A stretch of DNA of 64,000 nt from Candidatus Velthaea sp. (GCA_965214935.1 CBDCCS010000022.1:512001-576000), one strand, 5' to 3'. Shown: positions 9,941 to 18,000, numbered from the stretch's first letter. Translations and numbers: made by a program. Notes: generated by a model not told the origin, from the sequence alone.

Positions 9941-10960
9941 CTACCCCCAGTCAGCAGCCGGAACATTCCCTCCGCCAACCGACACGACGGTAGGGACAAG
10001 CATCCGGTCGCGATCGTCTTCAGCTTCAACATACCGGTGATCCGCACGTCCGCCGTTCGGAATACCCGCTAGGACGAGATCGCGTTTCGCGCGCGGCACG
10101 ACCTCAGGCAACGACCACAGCTCGTCGGCGGTAACGGCAGTCCCATCCATTTCGGCGGCATTGCCCGACAAGTGCATCATGAATTCGACGAAATCAACCC
10201 GGTTCGGAACGACCGCTTCCAAGTCGTCGATCGCGGCAATGACTTTATCGACCGCCGCACGCACGTCGGCATGCGGCACTCCGTCGATCACGACACGATC
10301 TTGCGGAATAAGCGGCATCGATGCGATCACCGGAATGCCGAGCCAACCGGCCATCGCTTGCGCTTTGCCGCTGCCGTCGTCTTTGTTGACGACGAGCCCC
10401 AGGCAGCGCGTCTTGCCGCCCTGTTCGGCAAAATAGCGCACTGCCGAGGCGATGTTGTTGGCAGCGTACATCGACTGGCCTTCGTTGCTGCACACGATGA
10501 TGAGTTTGTCGGCCATCGAACGCGCGATCGGCGTACCGAATCCGCCGCACACCACGTCGCCTAGAAAGTCGAGCATCATATAGTCGAAGTTCCACTCCGA
10601 CAAGCCCCACTTCTCGAGCAGCGAAAAACCAAACGTTATTCCGCGTCCGCCGCAGCCGCGCGCCGATTCCGGGCCGCCGAGCTCGATGCAATAGACCCCG
10701 TTGCCTTTAAAGATAATGTGTTCGGGCGACAGGTCGTCGGCGCGGCCGTCTTTTTCATATTGCGCCCAAGTCCCGAGAACGGTCGGTATCAGCGCGCCGC
10801 CGAAATGCGTCACCACGCTGTCGTGTTTGGGATCGCAGCCCATCTGAAGCGTCTTGAAGCCGCGATCCGTCAGCGTCTTCGCCGTCATGCTGGTAAGGAA
10901 CGACTTGCCCGCGCCGCCTTTACCGTAAATTGCGACCGTTGAATTTTTGCTAACGCCCAT
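9941..10960 (-). CDS. bchX: Chlorophyllide a reductase iron protein subunit X
   Basis: AIYGKGGAGKSF, GCDPKHDS, ELGGPE..RGCGGRGI and DFLGDVVCGGF (BchX-type NifH homologue). Confidence 0.93.
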   Translation of the reverse strand: MGVSKNSTVAIYGKGGAGKSFLTSMTAKTLTDRGFKTLQMGCDPKHDSVVTHFGGALIPTVLGTWAQYEKDGRADDLSPEHIIFKGNGVYCIELGGPESARGCGGRGITFGFSLLEKWGLSEWNFDYMMLDFLGDVVCGGFGTPIARSMADKLIIVCSNEGQSMYAANNIASAVRYFAEQGGKTRCLGLVVNKDDGSGKAQAMAGWLGIPVIASMPLIPQDRVVIDGVPHADVRAAVDKVIAAIDDLEAVVPNRVDFVEFMMHLSGNAAEMDGTAVTADELWSLPEVVPRAKRDLVLAGIPNGGRADHRYVEAEDDRDRMLVPTVVSVGGGNVPAADWG

Positions 10961-11067
10961 AAGGACCACCCTTTGCTCTGGAAGCCGGCCCGAAGCAATC
11001 TTCGTTCGCTTGTACGGCGGTGATGCGGGTTCCCAGCGTATCGTAGGGTGACCGCGGGTGCACGGAC

Positions 11068-11083
11068 GGTGATAGGCGTCACC
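11068..11083. promoter_or_regulatory. Crp-family box upstream of bchX, with candidate -10 TACGAT at 11040-11045 (minus)
   Basis: GGTGA-taggcg-TCACC; near-identical 22-mer context to the site upstream of bchF. Confidence 0.65.
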
Positions 11084-11112
11084 CGCCGCTGCAAGCTCCG
11101 GCGATGCCGGCG

Positions 11113-12072
11113 CTACGACCAGTTCAAGATGACTTTGAGGGTCGAGCCGTCCTCGAAAGCCGTCTTGTACGCGGCTTCATAGCTCGCAATCGGATAGGCA
11201 TGTTGCGCGAGGTCGGCAATCGATACGCTGCCGCCGGCAATCAAGTCGCGCGCTGCAAGCAAATCGCCGTGCGTCCACTCCCGTGCAACGAGCAATGTCG
11301 CTTCCTTGACGAACACATCCATGAACGGCGTTGTCAGCACGTCGTAGTACGAAAGCAGCGCGATCGATCCGCCGGGCTTGAGGGCTTTCGCGCACACGGC
11401 AATCATCTCCGATTTACCGGTGGCTTCGATCACGCAATCAAGCGGCGCGCCGGCAACGGCCGCGAGCGTCGTCTGCGACGCATCGACCGACGTCGCTCCG
11501 GCAATGTGGCCGAGTCGCGCCGCATTGGTATCGACTTCAAACAGGGCCGCCGGCTCGAGCGCAGCGATGAAACGCGCGGCGAATTGGCCGATCGCTCCCA
11601 TCCCGACGACGGCGACACGCTTACCGGCAACGTCGCCGAGCCGGCGAACTCCGTGCAGACTCGTGGCGGCGAGTGCTAAGAGCGGCGCATGCGCAAGCGG
11701 AATACCGTGCAGCGGCACAACCTGAGCCGCTTTCTTAATCAATTGCGAGGCTTGACCGCCGAAGGCGGCTGCAACATCGGTGAAGCACATGCTTCCACCG
11801 ACGAATACTTCATCGCCCGCCCGAACGTCGGTAACGTTACTGCCGACATGCGTCACGATGCCGGCGGCTTCATAGCCGGGAATCAAGGGATACCGCAGGT
11901 GCGGAATGGGCGGCAGCTTGCCGTTGAAGAGCAGCCGTTCGGTGCCCGCGGAAATCGACGAATAGCGTGTTGCGACGACGACTTCGTCGGCGTCCGGTTC
12001 ACGCAACGTTACGTCGCGAAAATCCAGCCGGCCCGCGTCGGCGAACACGACGGCTTGGGCGGTTGCGCTCAA
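11113..12072 (-). CDS. bchC: 3-hydroxyethyl bacteriochlorophyllide a dehydrogenase
   Basis: YSSISAGTERLL, YPLIPGYE, FGGQAS, LLALAAT..HG and AREW motifs; lies between bchF and bchX. Confidence 0.92.
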   Translation of the reverse strand: MSATAQAVVFADAGRLDFRDVTLREPDADEVVVATRYSSISAGTERLLFNGKLPPIPHLRYPLIPGYEAAGIVTHVGSNVTDVRAGDEVFVGGSMCFTDVAAAFGGQASQLIKKAAQVVPLHGIPLAHAPLLALAATSLHGVRRLGDVAGKRVAVVGMGAIGQFAARFIAALEPAALFEVDTNAARLGHIAGATSVDASQTTLAAVAGAPLDCVIEATGKSEMIAVCAKALKPGGSIALLSYYDVLTTPFMDVFVKEATLLVAREWTHGDLLAARDLIAGGSVSIADLAQHAYPIASYEAAYKTAFEDGSTLKVILNWS

Positions 12073-12545
12073 TTCGAGCGCACGCGAACCGCGGCGTGCT
12101 TCCCCATGTGCGCGGTCCGCAAGACGTATTGCGCGACGTTCGCGATGTACACGCCGTAAGCCACGATCAGCGTACCGATCTGCGCGGTGATGTTATCCGG
12201 ATGCGTCCAGGCCATCACTAAATAGCCGACGTGCAAAATAAAGACGTTGACGGTCATCGTGTCTTCGCCCATGAACTCCGGCGCGAACCAGTATTCACCG
12301 AAGACGTCCTTCTCCCACAATGCCCCGGTCACGATAGCGCCGAGCATGAGCGCCACTTTCACGAGCACCGATTGGTGGACGGCATCGATCGAGACGCCAC
12401 CGCGGAAGTACGCAAACAGGAGTCCGACGCTAACGAAGAATGCGAGTAGCTGCCCGAGTGCAAAAACCGGATGAATCTTCGTCCAAACGCTCGCGGCGCG
12501 CCGCGCTACCATCTGCTCCGAACTTCCGTATGCCAAAGTGGACAC
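12069..12545 (-). CDS. bchF: 3-vinyl bacteriochlorophyllide hydratase
   Basis: EQ..RR.ASVWT, VTGALWEKDVFGEYWFAPEF..ED and Y.ANVAQY motifs. Confidence 0.93.
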   Translation of the reverse strand: MSTLAYGSSEQMVARRAASVWTKIHPVFALGQLLAFFVSVGLLFAYFRGGVSIDAVHQSVLVKVALMLGAIVTGALWEKDVFGEYWFAPEFMGEDTMTVNVFILHVGYLVMAWTHPDNITAQIGTLIVAYGVYIANVAQYVLRTAHMGKHAAVRVRSN

Positions 12546-12587
12546 GACCCTCCGAAGATTATGCTAGCTTCGCGGTCGCACAGCGAC

Positions 12588-12603
12588 GGTGATAGCGGTC
12601 ACC
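12588..12603. promoter_or_regulatory. Crp-family box upstream of bchF, with candidate -10 TAGCAT at 12561-12566 (minus)
   Basis: Palindromic arms GGTGA-tagcgg-TCACC, centred about -41.5 relative to the inferred start site. Confidence 0.65.
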
Positions 12604-12839
12604 CGCGCGCGCACCGAATTTCAGCCCGCTACGAAGCCCCTAATCTCCGCTTCTGCAAACCGGCGCGATCACAAGCGGCTTGCCCGTAGAAACAGCCACG
12701 CCGGCAAAGCGTTGAATGCCGACCCGACGGCTGCCGACGGTCCGGATGAATGCCGTCGGTCAGTTATTTGCCGCAATCGATCGCCGAACCGATGCGGCGA
12801 AAGTAAAAATACCAACGCGGCCGGGCGCGCGTTATACCT

Positions 12840-13520
12840 TTATACGATCAGCGCTTCGAGTGAATCGATCTTCAGTATTTCGAGCGTCGCGGCGTGGCCG
12901 TCCATGACGAAGCCTTGCTGGCGGAAGCGAGCCATGTTGCGCGAGACCGTTTCGCGCGCGGTACCAATCATGTTCGCGAGATCCTGATGCGTTACGGGCA
13001 GTTCGATGCGAACGCCACGTTCGGTTGGAACGCCGTATTGCTTCGAGAAGCGAACGAGCACGCGCGCGAGCCGCGACGCAACGTCACGGCCGCGAAAATC
13101 ATCGAGCAGCGTCAATGCATCGGAGACTTGTTCGGTGATGCGCAACATGAATTTCGCCAGTGAATCCGGTGACGAGCGAACGACCCGCTCGAAGGCGGCC
13201 GAATCGACCGAAACGACTTCACTGACGCCCATCGCTTCGACGAATACGTCTTTCCAATAGCCGTTGAGCACCGCGCGATCGCTCCATATCGAACCGGTTT
13301 GAAGAATCGTAATGAGAATCTCGCGCCCGCTCGCCAGCAACTTCGTTACCTTGATCGTGCCCGAAACGCAACGGAACGCGCGTTCAGGCGCAACCTCAGG
13401 ATCCGATATCGATGCACCGGCATCGTATCTGCGACTTTGCGCAGCGCCGAACAGCTCGTCGAGCGGAACGGTGAGTCCGGCAAAGTCGCGCGAATCCGGT
13501 AAGCTCCAGAAAAGATCCAA
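12840..13520 (-). CDS. Crp/Fnr family transcriptional regulator
   Basis: N-terminal cNMP-like beta-roll (GTIKVTK...GREILITIL) and HTH THQDLANMIGTARETVSR; TTG start abuts the pufC stop. Confidence 0.9.
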   Translation of the reverse strand: MDLFWSLPDSRDFAGLTVPLDELFGAAQSRRYDAGASISDPEVAPERAFRCVSGTIKVTKLLASGREILITILQTGSIWSDRAVLNGYWKDVFVEAMGVSEVVSVDSAAFERVVRSSPDSLAKFMLRITEQVSDALTLLDDFRGRDVASRLARVLVRFSKQYGVPTERGVRIELPVTHQDLANMIGTARETVSRNMARFRQQGFVMDGHAATLEILKIDSLEALIV

Positions 13521-14504
13521 TCAGCGCGACGTCCCCGCGTCAAGATGGGCACCGGGATTCTCGTGAACCTCGGGATGTGCTGCAGCGGCTTCCGCAGGCG
13601 TTTGATCGAGACCCGCAGTCACCAGCGCTTGCGGCCATTTTGCGCCTTGATGGCACGTGTAGCACGTCACCGCTTTGATGTTCGCCGGCAGATACTGATG
13701 GTTGATCTTATCGACCATCGCCCACATGCGGTGCGAGATTTGATTCGTCGGATAATATTGCAGCGAAATGAAATCGGCCGAATTATGGCAGAACAAGCAG
13801 TTCACACCAAGCGATCGCGCCGCCGAATACATCGAGTTCACGACATACCCGGCTTGCTTCGTCGATTTGTACCGATAGTCCAAATACTGCACCGGAACCA
13901 CATTCCATTGCACGGCCATGCGCGGAGCCCCGCGGTGACACGTCACACATCCGACGGCGCCGCTCACGGCGTAGTTCGGATAGTCGTGTTTGACCGGCGA
14001 TATCCACGCTTGTCCAACATCATTGGACATAATCTGCATGGTACGCGCAATCCTTTTCGTTGCCGTGTCATACGCGAAATTTTGGACGTTGTGGCAATAG
14101 GTGCACTGCACGCCGAGCGCGGTCGTATAGTAATTCATCTGGTTGAGCAGCTGAACGTACGAGTATTGCTTGAGCACTTGCACGTTGTACAGCCGGCCAC
14201 CGACGTAATTGCGCGGCACGCTCTTGGGCTGATCGCTAAAATCGAGCGGCGCTGCCTGATTGACGGGTCCGTAGCCTTTGACGGCATCGGTCGGCAATTG
14301 CCCGGCGTTCTCGGTGCCAAGCGATGAAGAGTAGTGCGGCGGCGTCGTTGCGGTCGCGCCCGCCGGTGCAGCCGGTCCGGGCATACTGTTCACTTGCGGA
14401 ATACTCGTGTCGGCGCGCGCTCGATCGAGCAACGGCTGCACGAAGCCCGCTAAAGACAACGTGCAGATGATGACGAGCGGACCAAAGACACGCTTGAGTT
14501 TCAT
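13521..14504 (-). CDS. pufC: Reaction-centre-bound tetraheme cytochrome c subunit
   Basis: Four CxxCH motifs (CTYCH, CVTCH, CLFCH, CYTCH); LYNVQVL; N-terminal hydrophobic signal; 1-bp overlap with the pufM stop. Confidence 0.9.
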   Translation of the reverse strand: MKLKRVFGPLVIICTLSLAGFVQPLLDRARADTSIPQVNSMPGPAAPAGATATTPPHYSSSLGTENAGQLPTDAVKGYGPVNQAAPLDFSDQPKSVPRNYVGGRLYNVQVLKQYSYVQLLNQMNYYTTALGVQCTYCHNVQNFAYDTATKRIARTMQIMSNDVGQAWISPVKHDYPNYAVSGAVGCVTCHRGAPRMAVQWNVVPVQYLDYRYKSTKQAGYVVNSMYSAARSLGVNCLFCHNSADFISLQYYPTNQISHRMWAMVDKINHQYLPANIKAVTCYTCHQGAKWPQALVTAGLDQTPAEAAAAHPEVHENPGAHLDAGTSR

Positions 14505-15511
14505 TATCGATTCACCGGTTGAGGCATGTAGACGGGAAGTTCGAGTTTCACTTGATTTGGACGTAAGTTAATCGCACTGCGTGTCATCGGACCGTACTGT
14601 GCGACCGTGCCGTTGTCGACACCCCACACGTACCAATCGTTGGTGATCCAGCCGGTGCTGATGATGCCGATCGCCGAACTGACGACGACGCCGACGGAGA
14701 ACCACCAGATCCAATCATGGATGGTCTTCGGATTCGCGTTGAAGCCCATGGTCCAGCGCCAGAACAGCATCGACTTGTGCGAACCGGAATGCATGTCTTT
14801 GATCTCGGCGACTTCATGATGGCTTCCCTCGGCCGACGTCGCCAGAATCGTCGCGCCGTGCATACCCCAGAGCATCGTCGAACCGAACAGAAAAAAGATC
14901 GCCAGTTGATGCCAGGGGTTGTAATACAAGTTGCCCCAGAGCACGCTGAAATTCTGCGCCCAGTCGATATCGCCGTTGAGTCCCATCGCCGGCGCTTCGG
15001 CCCACGTGCCCATCAAGATCGGCCGGAACACCCAGATCGTCGACGTGAGCAAGATCGCGGAAAGCCAGGCGAAGAACAAATACGGTCGCCAGCTATAGCG
15101 TAGCAACCGCTCCCAGCAGCGAGCCGCCCAGCAGGTGACTGAAGCCGCCCACAAGAGTACGTTGATTTCCCAATACCCGCCCGCCGCGAGACTCGGCGCC
15201 ATTCCTAAACCGTCGGGCGGCGGAACTTGGACGTTGGCGAAGTGCCGAATATATTCGAGCACGTTGCCGTCCATCGATGCGACGCCGGCGGTAAATTGCA
15301 CCAGAAATCCGGCGATGAAAAAGAGCACCGACGCGATGCCCCACGTACCGAGCCATATCGTGCCGATCTGCGTCGGCAGACCGAACTTTGCGAGCAGCCC
15401 GAGATGGAACGGAACGCCTAACCGGACACCGGCCAGATCGCGATCGTCGTAATAACTGGGATTGGGAAGCTCGAAGGATTCGGGCTTGGGCGGTCTGATG
15501 ACGGTAGCCAT
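14504..15511 (-). CDS. pufM: Type II photosynthetic reaction centre subunit M
   Basis: QIGTIWLG, RPILMG.W.EA, GNLYYNPWH, MHGATIL, LFWRWTMGFNA, IH.W and DWYVWG motifs. Confidence 0.97.
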   Translation of the reverse strand: MATVIRPPKPESFELPNPSYYDDRDLAGVRLGVPFHLGLLAKFGLPTQIGTIWLGTWGIASVLFFIAGFLVQFTAGVASMDGNVLEYIRHFANVQVPPPDGLGMAPSLAAGGYWEINVLLWAASVTCWAARCWERLLRYSWRPYLFFAWLSAILLTSTIWVFRPILMGTWAEAPAMGLNGDIDWAQNFSVLWGNLYYNPWHQLAIFFLFGSTMLWGMHGATILATSAEGSHHEVAEIKDMHSGSHKSMLFWRWTMGFNANPKTIHDWIWWFSVGVVVSSAIGIISTGWITNDWYVWGVDNGTVAQYGPMTRSAINLRPNQVKLELPVYMPQPVNR

Positions 15512-15535
15512 CGTGTATGCGCTATCCTCGTTCGT

Positions 15536-16357
15536 TTAATGCGGCATGAAGGGAAGATGCCATTGCCAGAACGCGACCCAGTCTTTGACGAGCGGGCCCG
15601 ACGTTAGAATACACAGGTCGCTCAGGACCAGCGTATAGATCGCCAGCCAAAAACCGAGCCAGTGAATGCCGTACTCGCCGATCGAATAACCGATGTAATC
15701 GCGCCAAAAATTATCGACGTTGGCTTCTTCTTGCACCGGGTTCTTGTCCGTGTTGTACGTTCCGAGGATCGCACTGCCGTGCATAGCAAGCACCATCGCC
15801 GTCAGGAAGAAACCAAGCACGGCATAGGCATGAAACGGGTTCAGATAAAAATTCTGATACCGGAAGCCGGTATTTGAGACCCACGTCAAGTGACCGCTAT
15901 AGCTAAGGTCGAAGCCTTCGCACCAGCAACCCAACAGCAGCGGCCGGATGAACTGCAACACGACCCAAGCCGAAATTGCAAACGAGAACATGAACGGGAC
16001 GTGATAGCCCATTTCGAGCTTGCGGCAGATGTCCACTTCGCGCAGTGCCCAGGCGACGAAAGAAACGGTCGCAAGCACGACGACGGCTTGCCACGCGCCG
16101 CCCTGCATGAACGGAGCGACGCCCAAGCCGTACTGACGCAACGGCGCATGGATGTTCGCCCGCCACAGATCCCAATCGCCGTTTTGGCCGACGGCAATGA
16201 ATAAAACGCCGACGCCCAAAGCGATGGCAAGCGTCGCGACGACGCCCCACAGCCCGACGTAGAAGCGGCCGGCCCACCAATCGAATGGGTCCGTTCCCAA
16301 GATCGAGCGGAAGAGCGTATTTCCCGGTTTGCGATAAGCGCTTTCAAATTCGAGCAT
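15536..16357 (-). CDS. pufL: Type II photosynthetic reaction centre subunit L
   Basis: DPFDWW.G.FYVG.WG, WALREV.ICRKL.MGYHVP, HL.WVSNTG, NP.H, MHG and GYSIGE.GIH motifs. Confidence 0.97.
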   Translation of the reverse strand: MLEFESAYRKPGNTLFRSILGTDPFDWWAGRFYVGLWGVVATLAIALGVGVLFIAVGQNGDWDLWRANIHAPLRQYGLGVAPFMQGGAWQAVVVLATVSFVAWALREVDICRKLEMGYHVPFMFSFAISAWVVLQFIRPLLLGCWCEGFDLSYSGHLTWVSNTGFRYQNFYLNPFHAYAVLGFFLTAMVLAMHGSAILGTYNTDKNPVQEEANVDNFWRDYIGYSIGEYGIHWLGFWLAIYTLVLSDLCILTSGPLVKDWVAFWQWHLPFMPH

Positions 16358-16384
16358 TACGCTCTCCCCGCGATCGTATGGAAG

Positions 16385-16570
16385 TTATTTGGCGCCGGGC
16401 GCCGGGTTGACTTGCGTCGAAGTACCGGTTCCCGTCGTGTTGGCGGGGAAAATCCAGTTATATTTCGGCGACGACAAGACGATGAAGTGAATCAAGAAGG
16501 CGACGACGACTCCGGCAAGCACGTACGCACCGAGTGTCGCGCGAAAATTATACGGACGGCGAACGATCAT
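16385..16570 (-). CDS. pufA: Core light-harvesting antenna alpha subunit
   Basis: Single TM helix with AFLIHFIVLSS..YNW; GGAGG RBS. Confidence 0.92.
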   Translation of the reverse strand: MIVRRPYNFRATLGAYVLAGVVVAFLIHFIVLSSPKYNWIFPANTTGTGTSTQVNPAPGAK

Positions 16571-16585
16571 TGCAGTTGCCTCCTC

Positions 16586-16774
16586 CTACCACGGTTTCCA
16601 GGCCCACACAAAAATGTGAGCGATGACGGCGATGATGAAAAACACCCACGAGCCATAGACCGTGAAGCGATGTGCGGTCCAGTCTGCGTTGTTGAAGAAA
16701 TCGCGGTAAACTTCCGGCACTTGATCGTTGCCGATCTCGTAAACGGAACCGACCGTCGGATCGAGAGATGCCAC
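16586..16774 (-). CDS. pufB: Core light-harvesting antenna beta subunit
   Basis: IAVIAHIFVWAWKPW; N-terminal ND.VP...FNNA.W..H as in Chloroflexi beta chains; AGGGGG RBS before GTG. Confidence 0.92.
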   Translation of the reverse strand: MASLDPTVGSVYEIGNDQVPEVYRDFFNNADWTAHRFTVYGSWVFFIIAVIAHIFVWAWKPW

Positions 16775-16988
16775 GGTGACCCCCTTAAGCGATGATGAAC
16801 GGCCGCTTCTCGTACGGCCCTTCCGATATCATAGAGCAGCTGATAACGAACCCGGTGTAGCGCGTACTACGCTCGCCGGTTTTTTCCAGCGGCGATCTGC
16901 CGACGTACGCGCGGTACCGGCACGGCCGGCGTGCGCGTAAGAAAACGCCCGGCGGTTACGGAGCTTCCGAGGCGAGCACATCGTCACG

Positions 16989-17036
16989 ATTATATTTTGT
17001 GCCCGCGGCCGAATCGCGGCGGTGCCGCGCATCACA
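16989..17036 (-). promoter_or_regulatory. Putative puf promoter: Crp-like box at 17021-17036 plus overlapping -10 candidates CAAAAT/TATAAT at 16989-16999
   Basis: GGTGC-cgcgca-TCACA and a perfect TATAAT in GC-rich DNA; no canonical -35. Confidence 0.6.
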
Positions 17037-17097
17037 AACTCAACCGGCTTCGACCTAGCGGCTTAGCGGGCACGGCAACGAGCCGCGCCGCCGGCGG

Positions 17098-18000
17098 TCA
17101 GCGGATAAAGGCGACCGTCATTGCGGCGAGCATCTTCGAGCGAAACGGCACGTATGCGCGTTTGGTGAAGACATCGTAGCGATTGGCTTCGATGGAGCGC
17201 AATATCTGGCGGTAGAGCGTCAGGGCAAGCCGCACCGTATAGCGAGATTCGGGCGCCAGTAAAGCGATGCCCGGCTCGGCTTCGGTATACAGCCGGCGGA
17301 CGCGCTCGATCTGAAATTCCATGAGCGCAACGAATGCGCCGTCAACGACTTCTTCAAAAACCGACGATTCGGTGTAGCCGAAGCGTGCAAGCTCGTCGAG
17401 CGGAAGGTAGATTCGCCCCATGCGGGCATCCTCGCCGACATCGCGCAGAATGTTGGTCATCTGCATTGCCCGGCCGAGCGCGATTCCATAGTCCAGCGCA
17501 CCGTCGGCGCTATAACCCAATATCGGCGACGTCAATAATCCGACCGTCGATGCGACGAGGTAACAATACTCGCGCAGATGATCGTATGTCTCGTAGCGCC
17601 GCACCGTGATGTCAAGACGCGCGCCGCGCAACAGATCGAGTGCGGGCGCGATCGGGATATCGAACCGGCCGACGGCATCGTACAGCGCGACCATGATCCG
17701 GTCATCCGGATTTCCATCGTACGCAGCGATGAGCCCGCGCTCCCAACTATCGATCGCGGCGAGACGCTCGGCCGCCGGCGTGACTCCATCCACGATGTCG
17801 TCGGCGGTTCGGCAGAACGCATAGACGGCCCAAACCGCCCGCCGTTTCTCGGGTGCCAGAAACAGCGAACTCAGATAAAACGTCTTCGAGTTGCTGCGCG
17901 CGATGTCGCGGCAGTGCCGATAACATTCGTCGAGATATGAAGTTTCGGGTGGTTCCGCCGCGCCCAGTGCGAGGGCCGGCTTAAGCCCGAGCACCGGCAA
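17098..18000 (-). CDS. crtB: Phytoene synthase
   Basis: SKTFY, VYAFCRTADDIVD, YCYLVASTVG and QMTNILRDVGEDARMGRIYLP motifs. Confidence 0.92.
   Translation of the reverse strand: MPVLGLKPALALGAAEPPETSYLDECYRHCRDIARSNSKTFYLSSLFLAPEKRRAVWAVYAFCRTADDIVDGVTPAAERLAAIDSWERGLIAAYDGNPDDRIMVALYDAVGRFDIPIAPALDLLRGARLDITVRRYETYDHLREYCYLVASTVGLLTSPILGYSADGALDYGIALGRAMQMTNILRDVGEDARMGRIYLPLDELARFGYTESSVFEEVVDGAFVALMEFQIERVRRLYTEAEPGIALLAPESRYTVRLALTLYRQILRSIEANRYDVFTKRAYVPFRSKMLAAMTVAFIR

Noticed and set aside
9941..10960. NifH-like protein suggesting nitrogen fixation
   Set aside because: ELGGPE/GRGI/DFLGDVVCGGF motifs and the bchC-Y-Z context identify BchX; no nifDK in the window.
16829..17035. 68-aa ORF as a pufQ equivalent
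   Set aside because: No TM segment or RBS, Arg/Ala-rich like a shadow frame, and it spans the predicted promoter.
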